From an uncultured Gammaproteobacteria bacterium (GTDB lineage Bacteria > Patescibacteriota > Patescibacteriia > UBA9934): DNA of 33,237 nt. The stretch spans positions 1-33,237 of the forward strand of contig CAZBFR010000002.1 in the NCBI GenBank assembly GCA_964491425.1, written 5' to 3'. This document shows positions 24,031 to 32,370 of this stretch, in pieces. Within the stretch, counting starts at the first letter, position 1. Every line of letters starts with the position of its first letter. Made by a program: the position numbers and the translations under genes. A model generated the notes under the pieces. The model was not told the origin of the DNA. It saw nothing but the letters and a program-made list of their open reading frames with translations, and ran no database searches.

Positions 24031-25227
24031 ATGGACGCGAAGCGCTCTGTGTATTTAGACCATTCTGCCTCGACCCCGCTTGATCCGCGGGTATTTGAGG
24101 AAATGAAGCCATTTTTTACGGATTTTTACGCGAATCCATCGAGTTTTCATATGCCAGGGAAACGGGTGCGCGACGCGGTTGACTCGGCGCGCGAGCGGAT
24201 CGCAAAGGTCTTGTCAGTGCGAGCGGACGAGATTTTGTTTACGTCGGGCGGGACGGAGAGCGTGAATATGGGGATTATTGGCGCGGCGCTCGGGCTCGAA
24301 GGGAAGGGGAAGCATGTTATTTCTTGCACAACAGAGCACGAAGCGACGCTTGAGGCGCTCGAGGAATTGAAGCGAAGAGGATTTGAAGTAACGCTTCTTC
24401 CTGTTGATCGCGAGGGGCGACTTAGTTCAAAGGACGTAATCGCCTCACTTCGACCGGATACGATTCTTGTCTCGCTTATGCTTGCGAATAACGAAATCGG
24501 GGTGATTCACGATATTGCGGAAATCGGCGCGGGGATTGAGGCGTATCGCGAGGAGCAAAAAACGGCTTTTCCGCTTTTTCATAGCGACGCGTGTCAGGCC
24601 GGAATGTCGCAGGACCTCTCCGTTTCGCGACTCCACGTCGATCTTCTCTCGTTTAATGGTTCAAAGATTTACGGACCAAAGGGAATCGGGGCGCTCTACG
24701 TAAAACGTGGAGTAAAACTTAAGAATCTTCATTTCGGAGGGTCGCAAGAAGAAGGAAAGCGTCCAGGAACGGAAAACGTTCCCGGGATTATCGGGCTCGC
24801 TTCGGCTCTTCTCTACGCACAAGAGGAGCGCGAAGCCTACCGGGCCCATCTTGAACCGCTTCGCGACCGACTTATCGAAGGACTCCTCACGATTCCGAAA
24901 ACACGCCTTAACGGTCCTCGCGACCGCCTCGCAAACAACGTGAATATCTCGTTTATGGATGTCGAGGGCGAAGCGCTTGTCCTTTATCTCGACGCAAACG
25001 GAATCGCGGTCTCGACGGGGTCGGCGTGTACAAGTAAATCGCTCGATCCGTCCCACGTTATTCTCGCGCTCGGCGTTCCCTACGAAGTCGCGCACGGAAG
25101 TATTCGTTTCTCGTTAGGGCGCCAGACAACGAAAGAAGATATCGAGTATGTACTCGAGGTCCTTCCGCCCCTCGTTGAAAAGTTGCGTAAAATAAGTCCT
25201 GTCCGCGTTGATGAAAAATATTTCTAG
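24031..25227 (+). CDS. nifS: Cysteine desulfurase (NifS/IscS class)
   Basis: VYLDHSASTP..., the PLP lysine motif SFNGSKIYGPKGIG, and the active-site loop STGSACTS. The track ORF starts at a TTG at 24007. Confidence 0.93.
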   Translation: MDAKRSVYLDHSASTPLDPRVFEEMKPFFTDFYANPSSFHMPGKRVRDAVDSARERIAKVLSVRADEILFTSGGTESVNMGIIGAALGLEGKGKHVISCTTEHEATLEALEELKRRGFEVTLLPVDREGRLSSKDVIASLRPDTILVSLMLANNEIGVIHDIAEIGAGIEAYREEQKTAFPLFHSDACQAGMSQDLSVSRLHVDLLSFNGSKIYGPKGIGALYVKRGVKLKNLHFGGSQEEGKRPGTENVPGIIGLASALLYAQEEREAYRAHLEPLRDRLIEGLLTIPKTRLNGPRDRLANNVNISFMDVEGEALVLYLDANGIAVSTGSACTSKSLDPSHVILALGVPYEVAHGSIRFSLGRQTTKEDIEYVLEVLPPLVEKLRKISPVRVDEKYF

Positions 25228-25228
25228 T

Positions 25229-25912
25229 ATGGCAAATTATACGGCTCCGAAAACGGAAGGAACAAAGGGGGATGTCGTAAGTCACGACAAGACGGAAAGT
25301 TGGTTTTATACCGATACTGTTAAGGATCATTTCTTTAATCCGCAAAATTTTCTCGATAGAGATCCGGAAGAGGGGGAGTTTTCGGCGATGGGGAAGGTTG
25401 GGTCGCCGGCTTGCGGGGACGAGCTTCGGGTATGGATGAAGGTTGATAAAGAAACCGAGCGGATTTTGGATTTTAAATGGAAGACGTTTGGGTGTGGATC
25501 AGCGATTGCGTCAACGTCCATGACTTCCGTTATTGTTACGGAAAACGGTGGGATGACGCTTGAGGAGGCGCGCCACGTAAAGCCTCAAATGATTATGGAG
25601 CGCCTTGGAGGGCTTCCGAATCGCAAATTCCACTGCTCGGTTCTTTGCGATAAGGCCCTTCGCGACGCGATTAACGATTATTTTCGCCGAACGGGGGAGT
25701 TCGATCGGATTGTCGTCGAGTCCGCGCGCGTAATCGATCCGGTGTCGAAAGTAACGGATCGCGATATCGAAGAGGCGGTGCTCGAGGGCGCGATTACCCT
25801 TGAAGCCGTCCAAAAGAAGACAAAGGCGGGGGTTGGAAATCCTGGGGTACTTCCCGCAATCGAGGAGCTTATCCGTTTCTATCGCGACAAATATTTTGGA
25901 TTTAGCGAATAA
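25229..25912 (+). CDS. nifU: NifU/IscU-like Fe-S scaffold with a Cys-less BFD-like C-terminal domain
   Basis: The three IscU-type scaffold cysteines are present (SPACGDE, FGCGSAIAS, FHCS). The ATG at 25229 lies 1 nt after the nifS stop. Confidence 0.85.
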   Translation: MANYTAPKTEGTKGDVVSHDKTESWFYTDTVKDHFFNPQNFLDRDPEEGEFSAMGKVGSPACGDELRVWMKVDKETERILDFKWKTFGCGSAIASTSMTSVIVTENGGMTLEEARHVKPQMIMERLGGLPNRKFHCSVLCDKALRDAINDYFRRTGEFDRIVVESARVIDPVSKVTDRDIEEAVLEGAITLEAVQKKTKAGVGNPGVLPAIEELIRFYRDKYFGFSE

Positions 25913-26197
25913 ATGCTACACTATTCCCGTATGAAATTACGTATCATTGTTGATCCTGACCTCTGTATTGGCGCGGCGAGTTGCGTTACGATTGACCCGA
26001 ATACCTTTGTGATGAACGAGGAAAATAAGGCGGAGGTTTTGGATCATGGTGTGGCGGATGGGGGACCTTCTTACGAGCGTACAATCGAGATGACCGACGA
26101 TGAAAAAGAGACGCTTATTATGGCGGCAGAGTCTTGCCCAACGAAGGCGATTACCGTGATTGATGAAAATGGAACACAACTTTACCCGGAGGCCTAG
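25913..26197 (+). CDS. Small single-cluster ferredoxin
   Basis: DPDLCIGAASC...AAESCPTKAI is the C-x5-C...CP pattern of 3Fe-4S/4Fe-4S monocluster ferredoxins. An alternative start is 25931. Confidence 0.8.
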   Translation: MLHYSRMKLRIIVDPDLCIGAASCVTIDPNTFVMNEENKAEVLDHGVADGGPSYERTIEMTDDEKETLIMAAESCPTKAITVIDENGTQLYPEA

Positions 26198-26198
26198 T

Positions 26199-27365
26199 AT
26201 GGCGAACTTTGTCATTATCGGAGGGGGTATTACCGGTGTGACGGCGGCGGAACAGCTTCGGAAAAAGAGTCCGGAGTCGGTTGTGACGCTTATTGAGCGG
26301 GAAATCGAGCCTTTGTATTCGCGGGTGCTCCTCCCCCACTATATTAAGGGTGTTATTCCACGCGAGAAGGTTTTTTTAAAAGCGGAAAATTGGTATCAAA
26401 AAGAGGGGATCGAATGGCTTCGAGGGGTCGAAGTTACGGCAATCGATACGAAGAATAAGTTTGTGACGATAAGCGAGGGGCGTGAGATTCCGTACGACGC
26501 GCTTTTGATTGCGACCGGAGGGGAGGTGAATTTAATGCCTGACGCAAAAGAGGGGATCGTCTATTTTCGAACGCTCGCGGACGCCGACGAGATTTTATCG
26601 CGCTGCGAAGAGCTTAAGGGAACGGGCGGAACGGCGGTTGTTCTTGGAGGGGGTTTTATCTCATTTGAGTTTATTAATATCTTTGCCCACTTTGGGATCC
26701 CGTTTGAAATTATTTTACGAGGGAAAGGATTTTTTGGCGGGATGCTTCTACCGGAACTCTCGGAAATGATTAAAGCCCATGTCACAAAGGCGGGTTATAA
26801 AATCCACGACGGGGTAGAAATTAAAGAGGTTCTCGGCGAAACGGCGGTTGAAGGGGTTACGCTTACGAACGAGGCGACAATTCCTTGCCGAATGATCGGC
26901 GCTGGAATCGGAATTCATCCCGAGCGCGCGCTTATCGAAGGGAGCCCACTCGTCCTTAAAAAAGGTCTTCTTGTTAATGAATATCTAGAAACGGAGACTC
27001 CGGGGGTTTTTGCCTCGGGAGATGTCGCGGAATATTTTGATCTTGAAACGGGTCGGCACCGTGTGTTTGGTAATTGGATGAATGCGCAAATGCAGGGGCG
27101 ACTTGTCGCGGAGAATATGGCGGGCGGAAAGAAGCCGTTTTCTCTTGTCTCTTCCTATGCGACAAATGTCCTTAAAAAGGAGCTAACCGTTATCGGGGAT
27201 ACGGATCCGTCATTTGCTGAAGCGAGAATACTCCGAAAGACCGAAGAGGACGCCTTGCAAGTCTTTGAAAGGGACGGTAAAACGGTAGGGGCGGTGATTT
27301 TTGGCAGTGCGAAGGAGCGGGGCGCTATTACAAAGGCTATCCAGCAAAAAGAACGCTATGCATGA
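26199..27365 (+). CDS. FAD-dependent pyridine nucleotide-disulfide oxidoreductase (ferredoxin/rubredoxin reductase-like)
   Basis: MANFVIIGGGITGVTAAEQL (FAD GxGxxG), a second Rossmann motif (VVLGGGFISFE) and GDVAE. The ATG lies 1 nt after the ferredoxin stop. Confidence 0.85.
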   Translation: MANFVIIGGGITGVTAAEQLRKKSPESVVTLIEREIEPLYSRVLLPHYIKGVIPREKVFLKAENWYQKEGIEWLRGVEVTAIDTKNKFVTISEGREIPYDALLIATGGEVNLMPDAKEGIVYFRTLADADEILSRCEELKGTGGTAVVLGGGFISFEFINIFAHFGIPFEIILRGKGFFGGMLLPELSEMIKAHVTKAGYKIHDGVEIKEVLGETAVEGVTLTNEATIPCRMIGAGIGIHPERALIEGSPLVLKKGLLVNEYLETETPGVFASGDVAEYFDLETGRHRVFGNWMNAQMQGRLVAENMAGGKKPFSLVSSYATNVLKKELTVIGDTDPSFAEARILRKTEEDALQVFERDGKTVGAVIFGSAKERGAITKAIQQKERYA

Positions 27366-28425
27366 TTTAAATGATCTCGAGATTTTTAAAAAGTTCGATA
27401 AAACCGATATTGCCTATGGGATTGAGCACCTTCCCGAGCAGGTAAAGGAAGCTGTCGAAGGGACGCGATTTTTAACGATCCCTGAAGCGTGTAAAAAGGC
27501 GAAAGAAGTTGTCGTTGTTGGGATGGGTGGGTCGCTTCTTGGACCACATATCGCAAAAAGCATTCTTAGCGCGACCTGTAAGGTTTCGTTTACGCTCGTA
27601 AATACCTATCGTCTTCCGGCGCACGTCGGAAAGCAGAGTCTCGTCATTCTATCGAGTTTTTCGGGGACAACGGAAGAGGTTTTGGAGGTGGCGAAGGAGG
27701 TGAAGAAACGTGGATGTCCAACGCTTGTTATTACGAGTGGGGGAGGGCTTGAAAAGCTCGCGAAGAAGCATAAATGGCCATACTACCTAATCGTGCCGGG
27801 AGATCTCGCGCGACAACCGCGCCTAGGGGTTGGATTCTCGCTTGCGGGAGTTCTTGGACTTCTCGATCGCGCGGGATTTACGAAGTTTTCGATGCAAAAG
27901 GCAAAACTTGCGGTTACGGCGATGGAGGAAGTGATCGATTCTTGTGCGCTTGAAGTTAAAATAAAAGAAAACCCGGCAAAGCAGGTTGCGGAGGCTCTTT
28001 ATGGAAAACAAATCGTTGTCCTTTCGGCGGATCATCTCGAAGGATCGGCGCACACTCTTTCAAATCAAATTAACGAATCAGCGAAGCAACTAAGCGGATA
28101 TCATATCGTTCCGGAGCTTAATCACCATTATCTTGAAGGGACCCTTCTTCCGGACGGTCACTACGAGCACTTCGCGATTCTTATCCTTTCGTCAAAGCAC
28201 TACCATCCGCGAAACGCGAAGCGTCTCGCGATTACGGCGGATCTTCTCGAGGAGAGAGGGGCGGAGATTGTCGAATACGCGGTCCAAGGCGATTCTCCTC
28301 TTGAAGAGGCCTTCGAGGTCCTCCAATTTGGAAGTTTCCTCTCGTATTATCTCGGCATTTTAAACGGTGTCGACCCTGAAAAAATCCCCTTCGTCGATCT
28401 CTTTAAAAAACGGATGGCGGAGTAG
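27358..28425 (+). CDS. SIS-domain bifunctional phosphoglucose/phosphomannose isomerase
   Basis: MHDLNDLEIFKKFDKTD..., VVVGMGGSLLG..., SSFSGTTEE. The length and C-terminus are typical. It overlaps the upstream gene by 8 nt. Confidence 0.85.
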   Translation: MHDLNDLEIFKKFDKTDIAYGIEHLPEQVKEAVEGTRFLTIPEACKKAKEVVVVGMGGSLLGPHIAKSILSATCKVSFTLVNTYRLPAHVGKQSLVILSSFSGTTEEVLEVAKEVKKRGCPTLVITSGGGLEKLAKKHKWPYYLIVPGDLARQPRLGVGFSLAGVLGLLDRAGFTKFSMQKAKLAVTAMEEVIDSCALEVKIKENPAKQVAEALYGKQIVVLSADHLEGSAHTLSNQINESAKQLSGYHIVPELNHHYLEGTLLPDGHYEHFAILILSSKHYHPRNAKRLAITADLLEERGAEIVEYAVQGDSPLEEAFEVLQFGSFLSYYLGILNGVDPEKIPFVDLFKKRMAE

Positions 28426-28446
28426 GGAAAAATTTAGAAAATGAAG

Positions 28447-28498
28447 AGGACCGGAGCCGAGTCTCCCGCGCGTTCGCGGGAAATCTCGGTCCGGTCCT
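28447..28498. terminator. Long GC-rich hairpin at the left edge of the GC-rich island
   Basis: Pairings: AGGACCGGA (28447-28455) with TCCGGTCCT (28490-28498); inner CCGAG/CTCGG; CCCGCG/CGCGGG. A T-rich tail follows on the minus strand (reverse complement of 28426-28446). Confidence 0.5.
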
Positions 28499-28515
28499 TT
28501 ACGTTCCGCTCCCGC

Positions 28516-30420
28516 TCACAGGCCGGTGAGGACGGGGGCGACCTTCGTCTCGAGGCAGTACGCGCGGTGCTCGCGATCGGGAATCGCGAGTTGGCGCTCT
28601 TCCTGCGTCATCTCGAGCAACCTGTCGGTCGTCGGGCAAGGGAAGACGTACGGATCCGCCAGTTCTTTTGCCGAGTCGATGACCGCCGCTGATGCGATGA
28701 GGACGAGCGGGGTGATACAAAGGATGAGCGTTCCCATCCACGCAACTTTCCACGCGTACGACTTCCAGAAGCCAAGGCTTTGAAGGCGCTTTTCCTCGTA
28801 GGACATCCAACGCGCGGTTGTTTGCCACCACTCGAGAAAAGCGACACTTCCCGTTGCGAGTACGGTGATCAGGATCGCGATTTCACCCGCGAGAATGCCC
28901 TGAAAGGTTGCTCCTGGAACGGTGGCGATGACCACAGACGGAACGAGCACCGCGATGGGGATGTAGATGACGCTCATCCCGAGCATGGTGTAAATCGCTC
29001 CGCCGCTCAGCCAGTGAGGATTTCTCCTCATAGGCTTGCTCCATCGCCACTCCTCGCGGTCCTTCGCCGACAAGGCATCGTTCGCATTTCCGCCCGGGAG
29101 GAGCCCCTGAGCGAATTTGGGGACGATGGACTTGAGGACGCTTCCGGGCGTGGTTCCCGTAAAGTGCCGGCCATCAACCTGGTTTCGCAGTTCATCCACG
29201 AGGTGTGCGAGAACTCCGAAGAGGTGCCGCCCCGGGAAAAACAGCGTCCACCCCGTGAACATCATCGCCACCGAAGTGAACGGACCCAGCCAAGGGGATC
29301 CAAACAGGAGGTGCGCGACTTCGACGAGGCCTGTGACGTAGATGGAGAGGCCCGCTCCCATCAAGAGAAACGGAGCCAGGAACATGAGGAGCGGGAGTGC
29401 GGCGCGCTTCCAGAAGTACCACGACCAGATGAGGTCACGGACGTTGTCAGCGCTGTCCGCGAGTCGTTCCCCGCCACCGGCGTTCAGGAGTCGATCGGTC
29501 ACGACGCCCTGGGCCGTGATCGCGATCGACTGCAGGAAACTCGGCTGAGGCCCATGAATGCGGATCGCGGTGAACACGCCTCGACAAGCATCGAGCATGC
29601 GCTCGACCTCGTCTTGAAGGTTGTTGAAGTTGTTGCGATCGGCCGGCTCCAGGATGTCCTTGTTCGCTTTCTGAGCCTCGCGCGCCAACGTCCCTTCGGG
29701 AGTATCCATGGAGGACGTGTCCCGACGCTTCTGGTACAAGCTCGTCATGATCTCGGTCATGTTCTCAAACTTGTTCAGTGTCGCCATCTTGGCTTCGAAC
29801 TCGGCCTCGGACATGTCCGGAATCGCAAGCGCCACCTCTTCGAGGCTCAGCGCTCCGTTCCTGATCTGGTGCATGAGTCGCCACCAGCGGCTCGATCCGA
29901 TCCGCCTGTACCATCCTTGGTTGCGCAGGTCGATCAGGTAGTCCATGACGATGAGGAACCGCAACTGACCCGGCCTCAAGAGAGGAGCCTTGACCATCGT
30001 CCGGTACTTGATCGGCATCGCTTCTTCGAGGAATCCGGCGAACTCGTCGACCGTGAGCTTGCGCTTTTCGGTCTTCGCTTTGGCGACGGCGTCGATGAAT
30101 CCGACGACCGCACCACTGCCGAGCATTCGTACGCCCTGCACCCCGTAGGTTGCCATGGATCCAAGTACTCGGTACTTCGGTCCAGCGATTCTCGGGATCA
30201 GGCCCTCGAGGAAAAACGCGACCCAGTCGATGAAGAGCGGGACGTGTTCGAGCGGGATCTCTTCGATGGCGTCGGGGATCCAGTCATAGACCTTCTCAAT
30301 CGACGCGGCACCGAGGTTGCGTGTAATCTTTTCTGCACGCTCGCGGTACTTCTCTGCGGCGGCACCGATGCCGGCCTTGGTAAGGAGATCGAAGGCTTCT
30401 GAAATAGAGACGGCACCCAT
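28516..30420 (-). CDS. Large polytopic membrane protein of unknown family (634 aa)
   Basis: AAGGAGG lies 6 nt upstream of the ATG whose reverse complement is at 30418-30420. A soluble N-terminal region of about 345 aa is followed by multiple hydrophobic helices (e.g. ALPLLMFLAPFLLMGAGLSIYVTGLV, IYIPIAVLVPSVVIATV, AILITVLATGSVAFL). The track ORF extends to 30528. Confidence 0.7.
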   Translation of the reverse strand: MGAVSISEAFDLLTKAGIGAAAEKYRERAEKITRNLGAASIEKVYDWIPDAIEEIPLEHVPLFIDWVAFFLEGLIPRIAGPKYRVLGSMATYGVQGVRMLGSGAVVGFIDAVAKAKTEKRKLTVDEFAGFLEEAMPIKYRTMVKAPLLRPGQLRFLIVMDYLIDLRNQGWYRRIGSSRWWRLMHQIRNGALSLEEVALAIPDMSEAEFEAKMATLNKFENMTEIMTSLYQKRRDTSSMDTPEGTLAREAQKANKDILEPADRNNFNNLQDEVERMLDACRGVFTAIRIHGPQPSFLQSIAITAQGVVTDRLLNAGGGERLADSADNVRDLIWSWYFWKRAALPLLMFLAPFLLMGAGLSIYVTGLVEVAHLLFGSPWLGPFTSVAMMFTGWTLFFPGRHLFGVLAHLVDELRNQVDGRHFTGTTPGSVLKSIVPKFAQGLLPGGNANDALSAKDREEWRWSKPMRRNPHWLSGGAIYTMLGMSVIYIPIAVLVPSVVIATVPGATFQGILAGEIAILITVLATGSVAFLEWWQTTARWMSYEEKRLQSLGFWKSYAWKVAWMGTLILCITPLVLIASAAVIDSAKELADPYVFPCPTTDRLLEMTQEERQLAIPDREHRAYCLETKVAPVLTGL

Positions 30421-30518
30421 TTGGGGCCTCCTTGTGCATCTCTGCACGGCTTGGAGTTGAATTCTAAAGGGCTGTTGTCGCCCAAATTCGGCTAATCCGA
30501 AAGTAAGTACGACGCTTA

Positions 30519-30598
30519 AAAATAGCACAAAATCAAGGATTTGTCAACCAAAAGTTACGTTTGCAGGGTTGACAAAATGACGATTTTCTGCTATCTTG
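30519..30598. promoter_or_regulatory. Palindromic bidirectional promoter
   Basis: Plus strand: TTGACA 30569-30574, 17 nt, TATCTT 30592-30597. Minus strand: TTGACA (30547-30542), 17 nt, TATTTT (30524-30519). The perfect 9-bp inverted repeat is TTGTCAACC (30541-30549) and GGTTGACAA (30568-30576). The two arms match at about 25 of 31 positions. Confidence 0.55.
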
Positions 30599-30635
30599 CA
30601 AAGTCGTGAAACCTTTCACTGGAGGCCTAAAAGCC

Positions 30636-31175
30636 ATGCGAATCATGACGTTTGTCCTTTTAATGGCCATGGCGACGGAAGTCGCCGTGGCGCAGAGCAA
30701 CAGTTCCCCGCAGACCATGACGGTCTGTACGGAGACCATGAAGGAACAGCGGGTGCTCGGCATTCCGTTTCGGACGAAGCGCACGCAGTGTAATACCAAC
30801 ACGATTTCGGGCACCGTGCCCGTGGTCGGAGGTGGTCTCGGAATGGCGCCGGTCGGAGTCTACGCTCCGCGGTGTCCCGAGTGCGTGACGTCGCAGACAA
30901 TCGCGTACATCCGGGACGACCAGGTGCGTTCGGCGGATTTGGCGGCGGCACGCATCGCCGAGCTCCAAGCCGAGCTCGCGCGAGAGCGGGCGCGGACAAG
31001 TCGGACCGTTTCGGGATCAACTTCCTCTCGTACGGGTTCGACGGCCCAGACCACGACTACGCCCGTCGTCCCAGCGGTTCCCGCGAAGACGCCGGCCCAG
31101 ATCGCGGCCGAAGAGGCGGAGCGGCGGCGCCGTGCCGCCGAAATCCTCCGCGAGGAAGCGGGAGGTGCCCCGTGA
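30636..31175 (+). CDS. Secreted hypothetical protein: 4 Cys, a coiled-coil segment and an S/T/P-rich linker
   Basis: GGAGG (30621-30625) lies 10 nt upstream of the ATG. The signal-like N-terminus is MRIMTFVLLMAMATEVAVAQ. I recognise no family. Confidence 0.6.
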   Translation: MRIMTFVLLMAMATEVAVAQSNSSPQTMTVCTETMKEQRVLGIPFRTKRTQCNTNTISGTVPVVGGGLGMAPVGVYAPRCPECVTSQTIAYIRDDQVRSADLAAARIAELQAELARERARTSRTVSGSTSSRTGSTAQTTTTPVVPAVPAKTPAQIAAEEAERRRRAAEILREEAGGAP

Positions 31176-31786
31176 ACGATCTCTTCATTGGTCCCCGGAC
31201 CCTGATCGGCATCGCTGCGGCCGTAGTGTTCTTCGCGAACACCTGCGACGCACAGACCCTCCGTCCCGAGGACCTCGTCGGAGAAGCGTCCTACGCCGAT
31301 CCGAAGTTCTGCTACGTGGGCGGAAAGCCCTCGGGGTGGGACGAGGAGCCCGGCCAATTCATCCTCGAGAACCAACTGCGTCAACCGCTGGTGCCCCGCA
31401 TCGGCGAAGACGTGGTCTGGATTCTTGAGCCTCCAGCAGGACTCTTCGGAGACCCGGTCTTCACCAGGCTTCCGAACGGGATGATGCAGGTGAGTAAAGC
31501 TCGCGTCCGCGCGGAAGCTCTCACCGATACTGGCGAGCACGTCAGTATCCTCGGCCCGAACGAGATCTGCTACGGGGCAGGTCTGCGCGAAGGTGAGTAC
31601 TTGGTCACCGGGACCATGTACCGGCTCTCGCAGAACCAGCCGAACGTCAACATTCCGGGAGTGGGTTACAACCTGCTCTCGAATCGGATCCAGCTCTGGA
31701 AGACCGGAAGGCCTTCCAGGTGGAACTCGGACGGGATCTCGCTGCTTCGAGAGCAGTTCCAGTCCTACGAGTTCGCGGGCGGTTGA
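31172..31786 (+). CDS. Secreted hypothetical protein, translationally coupled to the upstream gene
   Basis: The GTG start overlaps the upstream TGA (GTGA at 31172-31175). GGGAGG (31160-31165) lies 6 nt upstream. The signal-like N-terminus is VNDLFIGPRTLIGIAAAVVFFANTCDAQ. Confidence 0.6.
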   Translation: MNDLFIGPRTLIGIAAAVVFFANTCDAQTLRPEDLVGEASYADPKFCYVGGKPSGWDEEPGQFILENQLRQPLVPRIGEDVVWILEPPAGLFGDPVFTRLPNGMMQVSKARVRAEALTDTGEHVSILGPNEICYGAGLREGEYLVTGTMYRLSQNQPNVNIPGVGYNLLSNRIQLWKTGRPSRWNSDGISLLREQFQSYEFAGG

Positions 31787-31833
31787 GACCCCAAGGCGCG
31801 ATTTGTTCCGCGCACGTCTAGAACAAAAAAAGT

Positions 31834-31862
31834 ACGCCCCACCGACACGTGTCGGGGGGCGT
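31834..31862. terminator. Bidirectional terminator at the right edge of the GC-rich island
   Basis: ACGCCCC(A)CCGACA-CG-TGTCGGGGGGCGT, with a perfect 14-nt palindrome at 31842-31855. An A-run (31824-31830) lies upstream and T-rich sequence downstream. Confidence 0.6.
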
Positions 31863-31879
31863 TCTTGTATTCTCGCTAC

Positions 31880-32272
31880 TTATGTACCAGCGTCGATTCC
31901 GGCCTCGGTGATTGCCTCGGTCACAAAGGTTGTGATTGCGTAGGCAGCGAGGATGATTACGAGACCAATCACTGCGTTTTGCATTAGTTTTTGCGCTTGT
32001 CCGGCCTTTTCATCGCTTCCTCCAGACGTCATCCAAAGGAATCCGGCGTAGATAATCATGATTAAGAAGATAATACCGAGGATTGAAAGGAAGATTCGGA
32101 TTCCGCTTCCAACGACCGTTTCAAGATCGGCGCTTCCAAGCCCACCCTCCTCGGCGATATCTCCCGTAAAGCTTCCGAAACCGTCAAAACCCTGTGCTTT
32201 TACCGGCGTTGTGCTAACAAGGGGGAGAAGAAGGGCCATTCCAAGGACGAGAAATGAAATAAATCGTTTCAT
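31880..32272 (-). CDS. T4SS-pilin-like (TrbC/VirB2-like) small membrane protein, paralog 1
   Basis: 130 aa with a signal peptide (MKRFISFLVLGMALLLPLVSTTPVKAQ). Two TM helices flank the motif YAGFLWMTSGGSDEKAGQAQ. Confidence 0.7.
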   Translation of the reverse strand: MKRFISFLVLGMALLLPLVSTTPVKAQGFDGFGSFTGDIAEEGGLGSADLETVVGSGIRIFLSILGIIFLIMIIYAGFLWMTSGGSDEKAGQAQKLMQNAVIGLVIILAAYAITTFVTEAITEAGIDAGT

Positions 32273-32341
32273 AGGTATTGTTAATTGGCTTTATTGTAGC
32301 ATATCCGTAAAATACAAAAAGGACTTTTTCCCCCGCTGTGG

Positions 32342-32370
32342 ATTATACCAAAAAACGCCGTTAAGGCGTT
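32342..32370 (-). promoter_or_regulatory. Terminator of pilin paralog 2 followed by an extended -10 promoter of paralog 1
   Basis: On the minus strand, the hairpin AACGCC-TTAAC-GGCGTT (32370-32354) is followed by a T-run and then TGG-TATAAT (the TATAAT hexamer is the reverse complement of 32342-32347). The stop codon of paralog 2 lies in the hairpin loop. Confidence 0.4.

Larger units (their letters stand above)
28447..31862. other. GC-rich (~60%) three-gene island, putatively acquired horizontally
   Basis: Hand counts give 60/100 GC at 29101-29200 and 48/100 at 9301-9400. Both compositional edges coincide with hairpins. The genes have strong SD sites, and long antisense shadow ORFs typical of high-GC DNA are present. 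Confidence 0.55.

Noticed and set aside
28780-30402. A 540-aa plus-strand ORF inside the GC-rich island.
   Set aside because: It is an antisense shadow of the minus-strand gene. The translation is an R/D/E/H-rich low-complexity string with no SD site. The minus-strand frame has a strong SD, an ATG and clear TM helices. Long spurious antisense ORFs are expected at about 60% GC.
30860-31540. A 226-aa minus-strand ORF, plus several plus-frame ORFs (30872-31786 N-terminal extension, 31132-31428), overlapping the two secreted-protein genes.
   Set aside because: The plus-strand genes have SD sites, signal peptides and a GTGA coupling junction. The alternatives lack start context and look like GC-driven open frames.
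28447-31862. Explaining the GC-rich block as an assembly chimera or contaminant contig.
   Set aside because: Not adopted as the primary reading, because host-like sequence continues on both sides (the isomerase gene on the left, the pilin-like genes on the right) and the junctions fall in intergenic hairpins. It cannot be excluded without reads, so it is listed as the refutation test.
32338-32346. A DnaA-box-like 9-mer (TAATCCACA on the minus strand) overlapping the pilin paralog 1 promoter.
   Set aside because: It is a single one-mismatch box with no cluster, which is compatible with chance.
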